DNA of 64,000 bases from positions 83,948,001-84,012,000 of the forward strand of contig NC_043005.1 of NCBI RefSeq assembly GCF_006345805.1. The letters are read 5' to 3'. This stretch comes from Octopus sinensis. Its lineage: Eukaryota. Under the pieces are notes generated by a model. It was not told where the DNA came from and ran no database searches. It worked only from the letters and a program-made list of their open reading frames with translations. Shown here in pieces: positions 48,069 through 59,183 of this stretch (the stretch's first letter is position 1; each line of letters opens with the position of its first letter). The position numbers and the translations under genes are program-made.

Positions 48069-48549
48069 GCCTTCTTCTTCTTATTTATTAGTAATAAAAT
48101 ACAGTTTTCATTGTATCTTCTTTGGGTAGCTTTTAAATGGCTGTGATGAAATTATTCTAAAATACGACTTCAACATGTTTATTCTGTGACTTCATCTTCT
48201 TGCCTCCACAGGGAGGGACAGGAGTGTACTGAAATTTACATCTACATGAAAAATTTTCTTAATTCAATAAATTACAGTATTTATGATATTTTTGTGCATT
48301 TTGAGAGTAAAAGCTAGGTACAGATTATGCAAGAAGTCTGTCAGTAGCCTTGTATTATTGAAAGATTTCCATGAATGTAGTTGATACTGTATAAATAATA
48401 ATAGGCAAAAACATCTGGTATTAATTCAGAGAATGGAATTTATAATTTAACCCTAATTGTTGAGTTGTTGCAGTGAAGTTGTTGGAGTAGAAAGTATTCT
48501 ATAAATAATGGACTAAGAAGGTCTGATACTGCTAGTTTATATTACATAT

Positions 48550-48917
48550 TGTGGCACTCCATCGGTTACGATGACGAGGGTTCCAGTTGATCTGATCAAC
48601 GGAACGGCCTGCTCGTGAAATTAACGTGCAAATGGCTGAGCATTCCACAGACATTTGTACCCTTAACGTAGTTCTTGGGGAGATTCAGCATGACACAGAG
48701 TGTGACAAGGCTGGCCCTTGGAAATACAGGAAGAAAGAGTGAGAGAAAGTTGTGGTGAAAGAGTACACCAGGGTTCGCCACCAACCCCTGCTGGAGCCTC
48801 ATGGAACTTTAGGTGTTTTCGCTCAATAATCACTCAATATGCCTGGTCTGGGAATCGAAACCACAATCCTATGACTGCAAATCCGCTACCCTAACCACTA
48901 GGCCATTGCACCTCCAC
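48550..48917 (-). mobile_element. tRNA(Arg)-like SINE, tail variant 3
   Basis: Same head/core; tail ...gggccagccttgtcacactctgtg...ccctcgtcatcgtaaccgatggagtgccaca. Confidence 0.8.
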
Positions 48918-49779
48918 TTATATTACAGTATGAATGATGTCAAAAGAAAGAAATCAAACTTTTGTGTCCCTTAAAGATAACTCTGCTCAATTCAATGTTA
49001 CTTTATTGTTACTTAAGAAGTCAGATTTATTCTGTAGTACATTTGGGGGTATTGATGCCAAAAAGTGACACTAGATTTGTCTTATCAGGTCAAATTAATT
49101 AATGAGCTGTGATTCTGATATAAAAATAACAATATAAACTTTTCCAAAAACCAACCTATTTAAGACAACTTTTGGTTCTATAATTCAAACTTCCAGTTTT
49201 AAAGGTATCTACACTAAAACCTCCCATTAAAATTCTATGTTGGTTTATGTTCTGTGAGGATGAGGTGAACCGGAAGGAAAGGACAGTGACATCAATGGCC
49301 AAGGGGCCCCACCATAAGAGGAAGAGGGAACAAGGAAGTGAGGGAAGTAGCGCCAGCATGGTCCTCTTTGGCCTCACACTACATGTTCCAAACACCAACA
49401 TTTATTTTTCTAACGTCTTCATTATCTTCAAAATAAATTGAAACTAGGGCAAAGTATTTCAGTGGAAATATAGTAACAAGACAGTTAAACAGACCTGTGT
49501 TCAAAGGCATCCCAGTCATGGCCACCCAGTCTTTTCTTTTTTAAACACAGTGAATCTCAGACTACATCATCCAATAATGGAAGGGTGTGATTGAATCCTT
49601 TTGATTCCAACCTGTCTAAGACTGTCTCTGGTTCTATGATACAAACTTCCTGTTTTAAAGTGACCTAAATTAAAACCTTCCATAAGTCTAGAGGGAGGGA
49701 CAGAGCCCATAACCCTTACACGATCTCTAAGATCAGTGAGGCTGTGGTTGTTCATGTACTGGTCAACATCTACAGGTAA

Positions 49780-50875
49780 AGACATGAACAGAGAAGAGGA
49801 GATCCGAGCTGGATGATGTCCAGGGGATGAAGGATTGGGGGAAAAAAATGGTTAGTATAGGGAGAGATGTAGTTGGATATACCAAAAATGATGAGAAGTG
49901 GAGAGATGAGTGAGTTGGGGGTCACCATCCAACTCTGAGCAACAGAAGCCATTAAGTTGAATAGAAAGACAGAGAGAGGAGATAACACCCTTGAGGGTCA
50001 GGTTGGAGTGCGTCAAAGATGGTATATCAATCAGTTGAGTGACTTTCTCTGGATGAGGTCTAGGGTGTCAGTGTGTGTGTGTGTGTGTAGCAGCAGCAAC
50101 AGCTCCTAGATGTGAGGGAAGTGCTTCATTGAGGTCTCACTTGGGCCTTGCAGAGTGTTAGCAATAGAATATCTTCTGGGCCAAAAAGAAGGGGCTAGTC
50201 TTTGGAATCAGTCCTTGCTATGTTAAGGATATACTTTCACCAGAAGAGATCTTCAGTTAAAGTGGGGTCTTTAGCTTTATGCCATTCACCACTCATGTTT
50301 TGAGGTGATGTGGTTTTTTCTGGTGTTGTTTTGATGTCAAAAGAGAAAATGTTGGCAAGGCCCGACTGGAGCAGACTCTCAAGGTTTCCATTTATGGAAT
50401 CAATACAAACTTGGTATGTGGCATCTGGGTTGTATGTAGATGATGCATGGTTAGGAAGGAATGAAAGGTTGTGTTGCATGCGTGAGAGTGGATGTTGTTC
50501 AGTGTGGTGAGAATTAGGTCATTGACGTATAGATGGAAGAAAGCACTGAATAGAACCACACCCTGGGGAGCGCTAGAGTTAATTAAAAAGTTGGGTACAA
50601 AGAACTCCATCAATATATGCTGCAATGGTGTGAGCTGATAGGAAGCTACAACTCTAAGAGATGAGATGAGTAGGAAATTTTTGATAGGAGATTTGCATGC
50701 CAGACATGGTTGAAAGCTTTGATGTTGTCTGAGGCAAAAACATTGCTTTCACCAAACTTCTGTACGGTGAGAGCCCATACGTGAGAGATATAGACAAATA
50801 GGTTTCCAGTAGATTTGGCTCTGTGGGAGGCATACTGGTGGTCACATGGGAAGGAGAGGAATTCAGTGGCATTGT
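49780..50875 (-). pseudogene. Old CR1/L2-group LINE RT remnant
   Basis: STGNLFVYISHVW...SDNIKAFNHVWHANLLSKI, PQGVVLFSAFFHLYVNDL, NLESLLQSG; heavily decayed. Confidence 0.7.
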
Positions 50876-51385
50876 TAATAACAGTTTGTGTGGAAACTGG
50901 GTTCTCGAGGTGGTCATTAAGCTCTGCAGTAATTTTGGGAGCTGTACTTTTGTGATTCTTTCTAACAACTTGCGTAAGAGTCTGACAGTCTGTATCTGAA
51001 AGTTTTGGCTTTCTTCTGGAGTTTTGTTTCAACGAGGAGGTTTTTCCCCTCTTTCTCAAAGGCTGTCATTACTTTTGAGTGTATAGTTTGGTGTATCAAG
51101 AAGTACACCAAACATTTCAGCTGTTTTATTTGCACTATCACCTGCCGTACAAGCACCAACAATTTGACCCCTTTGAAAGTTTGATAGATCTGTCATTTTA
51201 ATTAATTTTAATTACCTTTTTCTGATGATAACTGAAAAGAAACAGCAATTTTTGCAAAACATATTAAGCAACACTAATGATAAATCAAAAAACTTAAAAA
51301 TAAACAAGCTTTTGACAGTTTTATAGATATTTCAAAATTATGATGTTATGATACTAGGTGTTTCCATTATTTTATCCAACCCCTG
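50875..51385 (-). mobile_element. Tc1-like transposon 5' fragment, same family
   Basis: Same TIR; ...FEKEGKTSSLKQNSRRKPKLSDTD...KNHKSTAPKITAELNDHLENPVST. Confidence 0.85.
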
Positions 51386-51864
51386 TATATATATATATTG
51401 CTTAGCAACCCAAAACTTTGAAGTCACTATCAATGATAAATTTGCACTCAACCAAACATATTGAGTAATTTCAAGTTAATGTAAAATTGTTTTTACACCA
51501 ACATAAAAACAAACATTAATACACATACATATAATAAAACAGTTACATATTACTAAACCAATTTAATTTTACGTAAAAGCTTAGACTGCACTACATTAGA
51601 ATCTATAGTAATTGTAGCTGGAGAGAAACAAAACACACAAAATGACCTGTCATTCAACACATAAGAAGCTTCTTTTATATGGTATTTCAGGGTGAGAGTT
51701 ACCAGACAGGCCGACTGAAAGTTTCAGCAGTAATCCGTAACCATATGTGTACAGTATTTCACCTCACACACATATGGTACCATATGGTACCTTTCTTTCA
51801 AAGCTGTTATATTCTGATTAAATCTTTCTCTTTGTTTAAATAGCTAAATATAAGGTTATATGGC

Positions 51865-52290
51865 TATAGCTGTGTGGTTAAGAAGTTCACTTCCCAACCA
51901 TGAGTTTCATGTTCAGTCCCACAATGTGACACCTTGGACAAGTGTTTTCGATCATAGCTTTATAGCAACCAAAGCTTTGTAAGTGAATTTGGTAAATGGA
52001 AACTGAAAGAAGCCTGCCATATATGTATATGTGCAGGTGAGCACATGGGTGTGTAATTTTGTGTTTGTGCATGTGTTTTTGTCCGGACTTTGTGTAATAG
52101 TTGTAAATGAGTGCCACTGTTATAGATGCAGGGTCTCATTTCCAACTCTCTGCAAAAACATGTCTGGCCATGGAGAAATATTAGCTTGCTTGGAAATATG
52201 AGAGGGTTGGCGACAGCAGGAAGGGCACCCTGCTGTAGAAAATTTGTCTCAACAAATCCTATGTAATCAATGTAAACCTGGAAAAGTGGA
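51865..52290 (+). mobile_element. SINE with family-A head but an RTE-like 3' tail
   Basis: Family-A head to ~52020, then ...ggttggcgacagcaggaagggcaccctgctgtagaaaat...ggaaaagtggacg; related remnant near 33040-33090. Confidence 0.65.
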
Positions 52291-52475
52291 CGTATAATCC
52301 TTTAGAATTCAGATTATGCTGTCAAATGTAATTTTTATTTATTCACATTGTTTGGAATTAATCCTGCATTATCTCACGGTTTTGGGATTTTGATGATGAT
52401 GTAATTATTGTTCACCAAGTGCGAGAGGTCAGATCTGGTTAGTTTGAACGTAAAAATAGGTAAAATATTTGGGCT

Positions 52476-52795
52476 TCCATGCCGGTGGCACGTAAAAAGC
52501 ACCATCCAATCGTGGTTGTTCGCCAGCCTCGTCTGGCCTCCATACCGGTGGCACGTAAAAATCACCATCCAATTGTGGCCGTTTGCCAGCCTCGTCTGGC
52601 ACCTGTGCGGGTGGCACATAAAAAAGCACCCACTACACTCATGGAGTGGTTGGCGTTAGGAAGGGCATCCAGCCGTAGAAACACTGCCAGATCTGACTGG
52701 GCCCGGTGCAGCTTTCTGGCTTCCCAGACCCCAGTTGCACCGTCCAACCCATGGCAGCATGGAAAGTGGATGCTAAACGATGATGATGATGATGT
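52476..52795 (+). mobile_element. RTE 3'-UTR copy with three subrepeats
   Basis: Same consensus, (GAT)n tail. Confidence 0.8.
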
Positions 52796-52817
52796 CCAGT
52801 TTAAATAATGATATGTA

Positions 52818-53197
52818 CTAGCACTGTGACCCAGCAACGCTGGGTCATAGTGCTAGTGCATGCATATACAGCTGCGTGTGTGCACACATATACACGAGTA
52901 CTGTCCAAATCTCCGACCAATCACATACAGCTAGCTGGCATTCAACTGGCGTATCAAGTTTCGGGCATTTTGATTGGGTTTTCGATAGAAAATTCACAAA
53001 AAAGTCACTTCTATTGATTTTTTAATGGCTTTGCGGAGTGACTGGGGAAATGTAAAGATGTGCACGACCACCCTTAGACCGTTTTGAATGACCATAGAAA
53101 GTGCGAGCCCTCTAACTGAAAAATTGTGGATTTGTATAAAGGACACGCACATACACACACACACAGACAGACATTTTACCGTTTATATATATAGAGA
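52818..53197 (-). mobile_element. Non-autonomous Helitron (second family)
   Basis: Minus strand TC start (tctctatatatataaac), 3' hairpin gacccagc-gtt-gctgggtc, CTAG|T end. Confidence 0.8.
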
Positions 53198-53507
53198 TTT
53201 AGAAATATTTCTCGGTATAGTCACCATATTACAAAGAAGATTTTTCTTAAATTAAATATCATTAGTTTTTAATATAAGAAATTCATTTCACACACACGCA
53301 CACATGATTTAGACACATTTTTGTAGAATGCACCACATTTCTATAGTTCAACAAATCTAATCTGTAACCCGATACCACAAACTACTTGATAAATACATTA
53401 ACCCTAAACCAGGGTATTTAAAGCTGTGACATTAGTCTACATGGTGGATAGGGAACAGAGTTAACCGTTTCATAAATATCACATCAAACACGTTTTTCAA
53501 TATATGA

Positions 53508-53905
53508 GTGCAGGAGTGGCTTCCCAACCACATGGTTCCAAGTTCAGTCCCACTGCATGTCACCTTGCGAAAGTGTTTTCCACTATAGTCTTGACTTGAC
53601 TGACTTGACAGCATTCACCCAGGGTGGGTTGAGCTGGCTTCATTCATCCTCAATGCTGCATCTCTCACAAACACTAGCCAGGCCTGATGATTTGAGGCTA
53701 AGACTATAGTCTTGGGCTAACCAAAACCTTGTGAGTGGATTTGGTAGACGGAAACTGAAAGAAGCACATCATGTATATGTATGTATATGTTTGTGTGTGT
53801 GTCTTTGTCCTCTACCACAGCTTGACAATTAGTGTTGGTTTGTTTACATCACCATAACTTAGCAGTTTGGCAAAAGAGATCAATAGAATAAATACTAAGC
53901 TTAAA
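53508..53905 (+). mobile_element. SINE family A with internal insertion
   Basis: Consensus match at both ends. Confidence 0.7.
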
Positions 53906-53914
53906 AATAAGTCA

Positions 53915-54240
53915 TCATCATTTAATGTCCGCTTTCCATGCTGGCATGGGTTGGAGGGTGTGACTGAGGGCTGGCGAACCAGATGGCTGCAGCAGGCTCC
54001 AATCTTGATCTGGCAAAGTTTCAACAGCCGGATGCCCTTCCTAACACCAACCATTCCGAGAGTGTAGTGGGTGCTTTTACATACCACCGGCACAAGGGCA
54101 AGTCAGGTGGTACTAGCGACAGCCACACTCAAATGGTGTTTTTATGTACTACCTGCACAGGAACCAGTCCAGCGGCACTGGCAATGACCTCACTTGAATG
54201 TTGTTTTTCACGTGCCACTGGCACATGTGCCAGTGAGGTG
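53915..54240 (-). mobile_element. RTE 3'-UTR copy (further shorter or older copies at ~3945, 11400, 25225, 38997, 55318, 56310)
   Basis: Same consensus. Confidence 0.75.
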
Positions 54241-54354
54241 ACGTACTGGGGTCAATTCATTTGACTAAAAATCCCTCAAGGTAGTGCCCCAGCATGGCCA
54301 CACCCAAGTGACTGAAACAAGTAAAAAATAAGAATACCCATATGTGCCCCTCAC

Positions 54355-54720
54355 CCTGATTTTGTTTCTTCCATAGCTTTTGGAAAAATTGATATTTTGG
54401 AATGAGATTTTCTACAAATACCTTACAGATGGTGTACATTATAATTATATCACAACTTGATGTGAAGAAAAGAAAAAAAAAATGGTCGGTGGACATTCAA
54501 ACAAACTGACACATGTCACACATATATCTATAAAATGAAACTTGAAATTTTGGTAAAAATTACGTGATGTGTGTCAGTATGCATGTGTGCTCACCCACCA
54601 ATTTCTTTTCACGTTAAAATCTGATATAATTGTAATCTACACCATTTCAAGGATATTTGTAGAAAATTTTATTAAAAATATTAGCCATTTTTCTGGAAGT
54701 TATGAAGGAACAAAGTTAGT
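54355..54720. mobile_element. Old fold-back MITE
   Basis: 54355..54480 is a diverged reverse complement of 54595..54720. Confidence 0.6.
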
Positions 54721-54789
54721 GGTGGTGGATGACACTAGTGTCAGTATACCTATGTGTAATACACACACACACACATATAAATATGTATA

Positions 54790-55135
54790 GTGAAGACGCA
54801 TGGCTTAGTGGTTAGGGCATCGAGCTTACGATCAGAAGGTTGTGAGCTCAAATCCTGGACCAGGCTATGTGTTGTGTTCTTGAGCAAGACACTTTATTTC
54901 ATGTTGCTCCAGTTAACTCGGCTATAGAAATGAGTTGCGACATCACTGGTACCAAGCTGTATCGGCCTTTGCCTTTCCCTTGGATAACACCAGTGGTACG
55001 GAGAGGGGAAGCTGGTATGCATGGGAAACTGCTGGCCTTCCATAAACAACCTTGCCCAGACTTGTGCCTTGGCGGGTATCTTTCTAGGTGCAATCCCATG
55101 GTCATTCAAGACCGAAGGGGGTCTTCTCCTCCTCT
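54790..55135 (+). mobile_element. tRNA-derived SINE with V/Meta-like core
   Basis: tggcttagtggttaggg A-box, gagctcaaatcc B-box, tgtgttcttgagcaagacacttta core. Confidence 0.7.
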
Positions 55136-55145
55136 TCCTATATAT

Positions 55146-55177
<32 letters not shown>

Positions 55178-55805
55178 CAGAGAGAGAGAGAGAGAGAGAG
55201 AGATTGACAGACAGACATACATTATCATCTAATGTCTGTTTTCCATGCTGGAACAGGCAGTGTGTGTGTATGTGTGTGTGTGTGTGTGTGTGTGCGCATA
55301 TGTGTGTGTATATTTCTACATATACATATATATATATATGCTGGTGCCATCTAAAAAGCACTCAGTCTGCTCTGCAGAGTGGTTGGTGTTAGGAAGCGCA
55401 TCCAGCTATAAAAACCATGCCAAAACAGACAGCAAAGCATGGTGTCGTCTTCTGCCTAGCCAGCTTCTGTCAAGCTGTCCTACCCATGCCAGCATGGAAA
55501 GCAGATGTCAAATGATGATGATGACGACGACAATATACGTATGTATGTGTGTATGTGTGTATATATATATATATATAATAAAATATTAGGGAATAAATCC
55601 AAACTTACAGGGAAAAATCAGATTTAGGATTAAATCCAATTTTATAGTATAAATATATTATATTATATTATATTAAATTAGAGATAAAACCACTATTAAG
55701 CAAATCAAACAATGAAAAACATAAGCCAATACATAAAATTAATTAATTTATATTATTTTAAATATATCAAAAGTATTAAAAGTTTAATAAAAGATAAAGA
55801 GTAAA

Positions 55806-55872
<67 letters not shown>

Positions 55873-56938
55873 AATATGCATGTGAGTACATGTGTTGGAT
55901 CAAAACGATCGTTGTGATTGATGAAGAATCTCATGAATTCCATTTTCTTTTTGTCTCATTTGTTACACACACACACACACACACACAGAGGGAGAGATAG
56001 ACAGATATACAAATATCTATCTGTATTGATTGATTGATAAATATATCCAATAGATAGATAGATAAACCAACCACCCGTCCACTTCTACCCAGCTGGTGCC
56101 TTATGCGGCTCACCTGGGCACCCCATCTCCGTTATCTATCTTTTGTTGCTACTACTTATCATTTTCTCTTTCTCCCCCTCCCCTCCAGATATGAATAGCC
56201 ACGTAGATCCCTCTACAGGAACCTGCTCTGCATGCCCCTCCCCCTCATCGCCCCAGCATGTTGTTGGCCCCACTACCTCCCCCCCAGGGTTCATAGTCCC
56301 ATGAACACGATAGCAACCCCAGAGGTGTAGGTGGTATGAAAAAAGGCACCCAATCCATGCAGTAAAGTGGTTTGCCATTAGGAAGAGCATCCGGCCATAG
56401 AAACCACGTCAAAGTAGACGCTGGAGATTCATGCAGCCCTTGGATACACAGGATCCTGTCAAACTGTCCAACCCATGACAGCATGGGACACGGATGTTAA
56501 ATGAATGACATATAATTATGTGGTAAGGCTTCAACAATATATGAGCAGGTGCTGCAAAGTTTCTGGCATTAAGGGTGATGTGAAAGGCCTGCGTTCTTTT
56601 TACAGAGCATAGAAAAACTAAAGGACCGCTGCAATAAATGTGTGACTCTGAGAAGGGAATATGTTGGATAAAATCATAATTAACTGATCGTCCTGTATTT
56701 TCTTTTACCTAAAGCCAGGAACTTTTCAGCACCACTTTATATATATATATATCTTCTAGATAGATAGATAGATAGAGATATATAGATAGATATATATATA
56801 GAGAGACATAGAGATGTAGTGATGTGTGTGTTTGTGTATATATAATAAAAATATGTTGTCTATTGACTTTATTACGCATGCTAGCAACTGGTATGAAATT
56901 TTTTCTAAATTTTCCATCCTTATTATTTTCACAGTATG

Positions 56939-57106
56939 GCACTTCCTCACACAGCTGTCCTCATCCATACGTAACACATGACAATACCAGTGCAGTCTTC
57001 TCTCTCGCACACCATAAGCATCAACTGCAATGTGCAAGAGAGACGACGACTGCACTGGTATTGTCATGTGTTACGTATGGATGAGGACAGCTGTGTGAGG
57101 AAGTGC
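56939..57106. repeat. Fold-back at the 5' end of a truncated RTE copy (59-bp perfect arms)
   Basis: 56939..56997 is the exact reverse complement of 57048..57106; the inner part pairs partially. Confidence 0.9.
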
Positions 57107-57710
57107 TACACCCTAACTGTGGAAGGATCCTGTGGAGGAGGTAGACCCTGGAAGACTTGGGATGAGGTGGTGAAGCACGACCTTCAACCTCACAGAGGCA
57201 ATGACAGGAGACCGAAACCTTTGGAGATATGCTGTGATTAAGAAGACCCGGCAACTAAAGTGAGATCGCAGCCATGGCCAATGCCAGTGTTGCATGTCCG
57301 GCCCTTTTAAGAGTACTCTTGGCGTGTCGGGTGATATGATATGCTTGAGAAGACTTGTTGAGTCAAGTAAAACCAAAATCGTAGGTGGCTCCCGTTCCAG
57401 TGGCACATAAAAAAACACCATCCGAACGTGGTCAATGCCAGGTCTGCCCAACTGGCTCCTGTGCTGGTGGTATGTAAAAAGTACTATCCAAACATGGTTG
57501 ATGCCAGTACCCCCTGACTGGCTCCCATGTTGGTGGCACGTAAAAAGCACCCACTACACTCTGAGAATGGTTGGCGTTAAAAAGGGCTTCCAGCTGTAGA
57601 AAACTTGCCAGATCAGATTGGAGCCTGGGGCAGCTGCTGGCTCTCCAGACCTCAGTCAAACCGTCCAACCCATGCTAGCATGGAAAATGGACAATATACA
57701 ATGATGATTA
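57010..57710 (+). mobile_element. RTE-clade LINE 3' fragment (ORF C-terminus + full 3' UTR + (ATG)n tail); longest copy of the window's commonest retroelement
   Basis: RRLHWYCHVLRMDEDSCVRKC...VEGSCGGGRPWKTW (RTE C-terminus), then ~60-nt subrepeats and the ggttggcgtt...gggc.tccagctgtagaa end. Confidence 0.85.
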
Positions 57711-57713
57711 TAG

Positions 57714-57872
57714 GCGCAGGAGTGGCTGTGTGGTAAGTAGCTTACTTACAAATCACATGGTTTGGGGTTTAGTCCAACTGCATGGCACCTTGGGCAAGCG
57801 TCTTCTATAGCCTCGGGCTGACCAAAGCCTTGGTAGTGGATTTGGTAGACGGAAACTGAAAGAAGCCCGCCG

Positions 57873-57952
<80 letters not shown>

Positions 57953-58128
57953 CTGTCACCACCCCCACCATTGCTTGACAACCGATGTCCCCGTAAACTA
58001 TCGGTTCGGCAAGAGAGACTAATAGAATAAGTACTAGGCATACAGATAATAAGTCTTGGGGTAGATTTGTTCGACTAAGGGCGGTGCTCCAGCATGGCCG
58101 CAGTCAAATGACTGAAATAAATAAAAGA
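57714..58128 (+). mobile_element. SINE family A (partial copies also at ~3530, 8808, 11630, 44870, 45470, 54245)
   Basis: Full-length. Confidence 0.85.
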
Positions 58129-58161
58129 ATATATATATATATAATATATATATATATATAT

Positions 58162-58213
<52 letters not shown>

Positions 58214-58504
58214 GAGAGAGGGGGAGATATAGGGATAAATAGCTAGATATAGAGATAGAGACAGATAGATAGACAGGGCTTTTTATTCGCTACTAAATTG
58301 GATATTTAAAAATATCGAAGGTCATTTATATTAATAACACCTTAACCAGTATTTTGTAATTCGACAGTTTATACAACGAATTTTCTTGATATCGTCCTCC
58401 GACTCAAGTAAATTGCTCAAAATTATTGCTTTCAGATCCAAGCGTTCAAATCACAACAGTCTCGCCTTATTTTTATTATTATTATTATGTTTTTTAATTC
58501 TCAG

Positions 58505-58544
58505 ATAGTCCGGACTTATATATGTGTTTTGATCTGCTTTTAAA
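58505..58544 (+). other. Candidate isolated 40-nt exon
   Basis: tgtttttaattctCAG|atagtccgg...ttttaaa|GTAAGC; one open frame SPDLYMCFDLLL. Confidence 0.3.
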
Positions 58545-59183
58545 GTAAGCCCACGAGAGTGTTTTGTGGCAGGTTTGTATGAGATTCGATTCAACTGGTA
58601 GGTACTACTATTGTTTAACATTTCGACAGGGTTGCTTTTCCCCGCCTTCCTACCAACCTGCAGATGATAGTAGTAACACGAAATCCTGCCTGGTCTTTCT
58701 GCCAAGACACGAACTTATTTACATAATTGTACAAGGTCGACGGCCGGACGTTAATCATAATGGATTTCAACCAGTATACCGTGCCTTATGAATAAATGTG
58801 ATTGTTTGCGGCGGGGTACGTGCGAGTGTAAAATGTATGTGTGTGTGTGTTGGTACAAATCTATGTGTAACTGGGCATTGGTGTTTATGTAGGTACGTGA
58901 GTAAAATGTGTATTGGTGTGTATCCATGTATGTAAATATATGCACACAAGTGTGTCTATACGTTTGGTCTTTCTGCTAAGGCACGAACCTATTTGCATAA
59001 TCGTACAAAGTCGACGGCCTGACTAACTAGAATAATACTATCATAGATACAGTGTGGTTTATGAATTTATTCATAAATTAAAGAATTATTAAATAAACCA
59101 AGGATTTCCTTTTCAGAGAGAATCGACGAAAAGATTCTTTGGTATATACTAATATAATAATAATAATAATAATAATAATCAAT

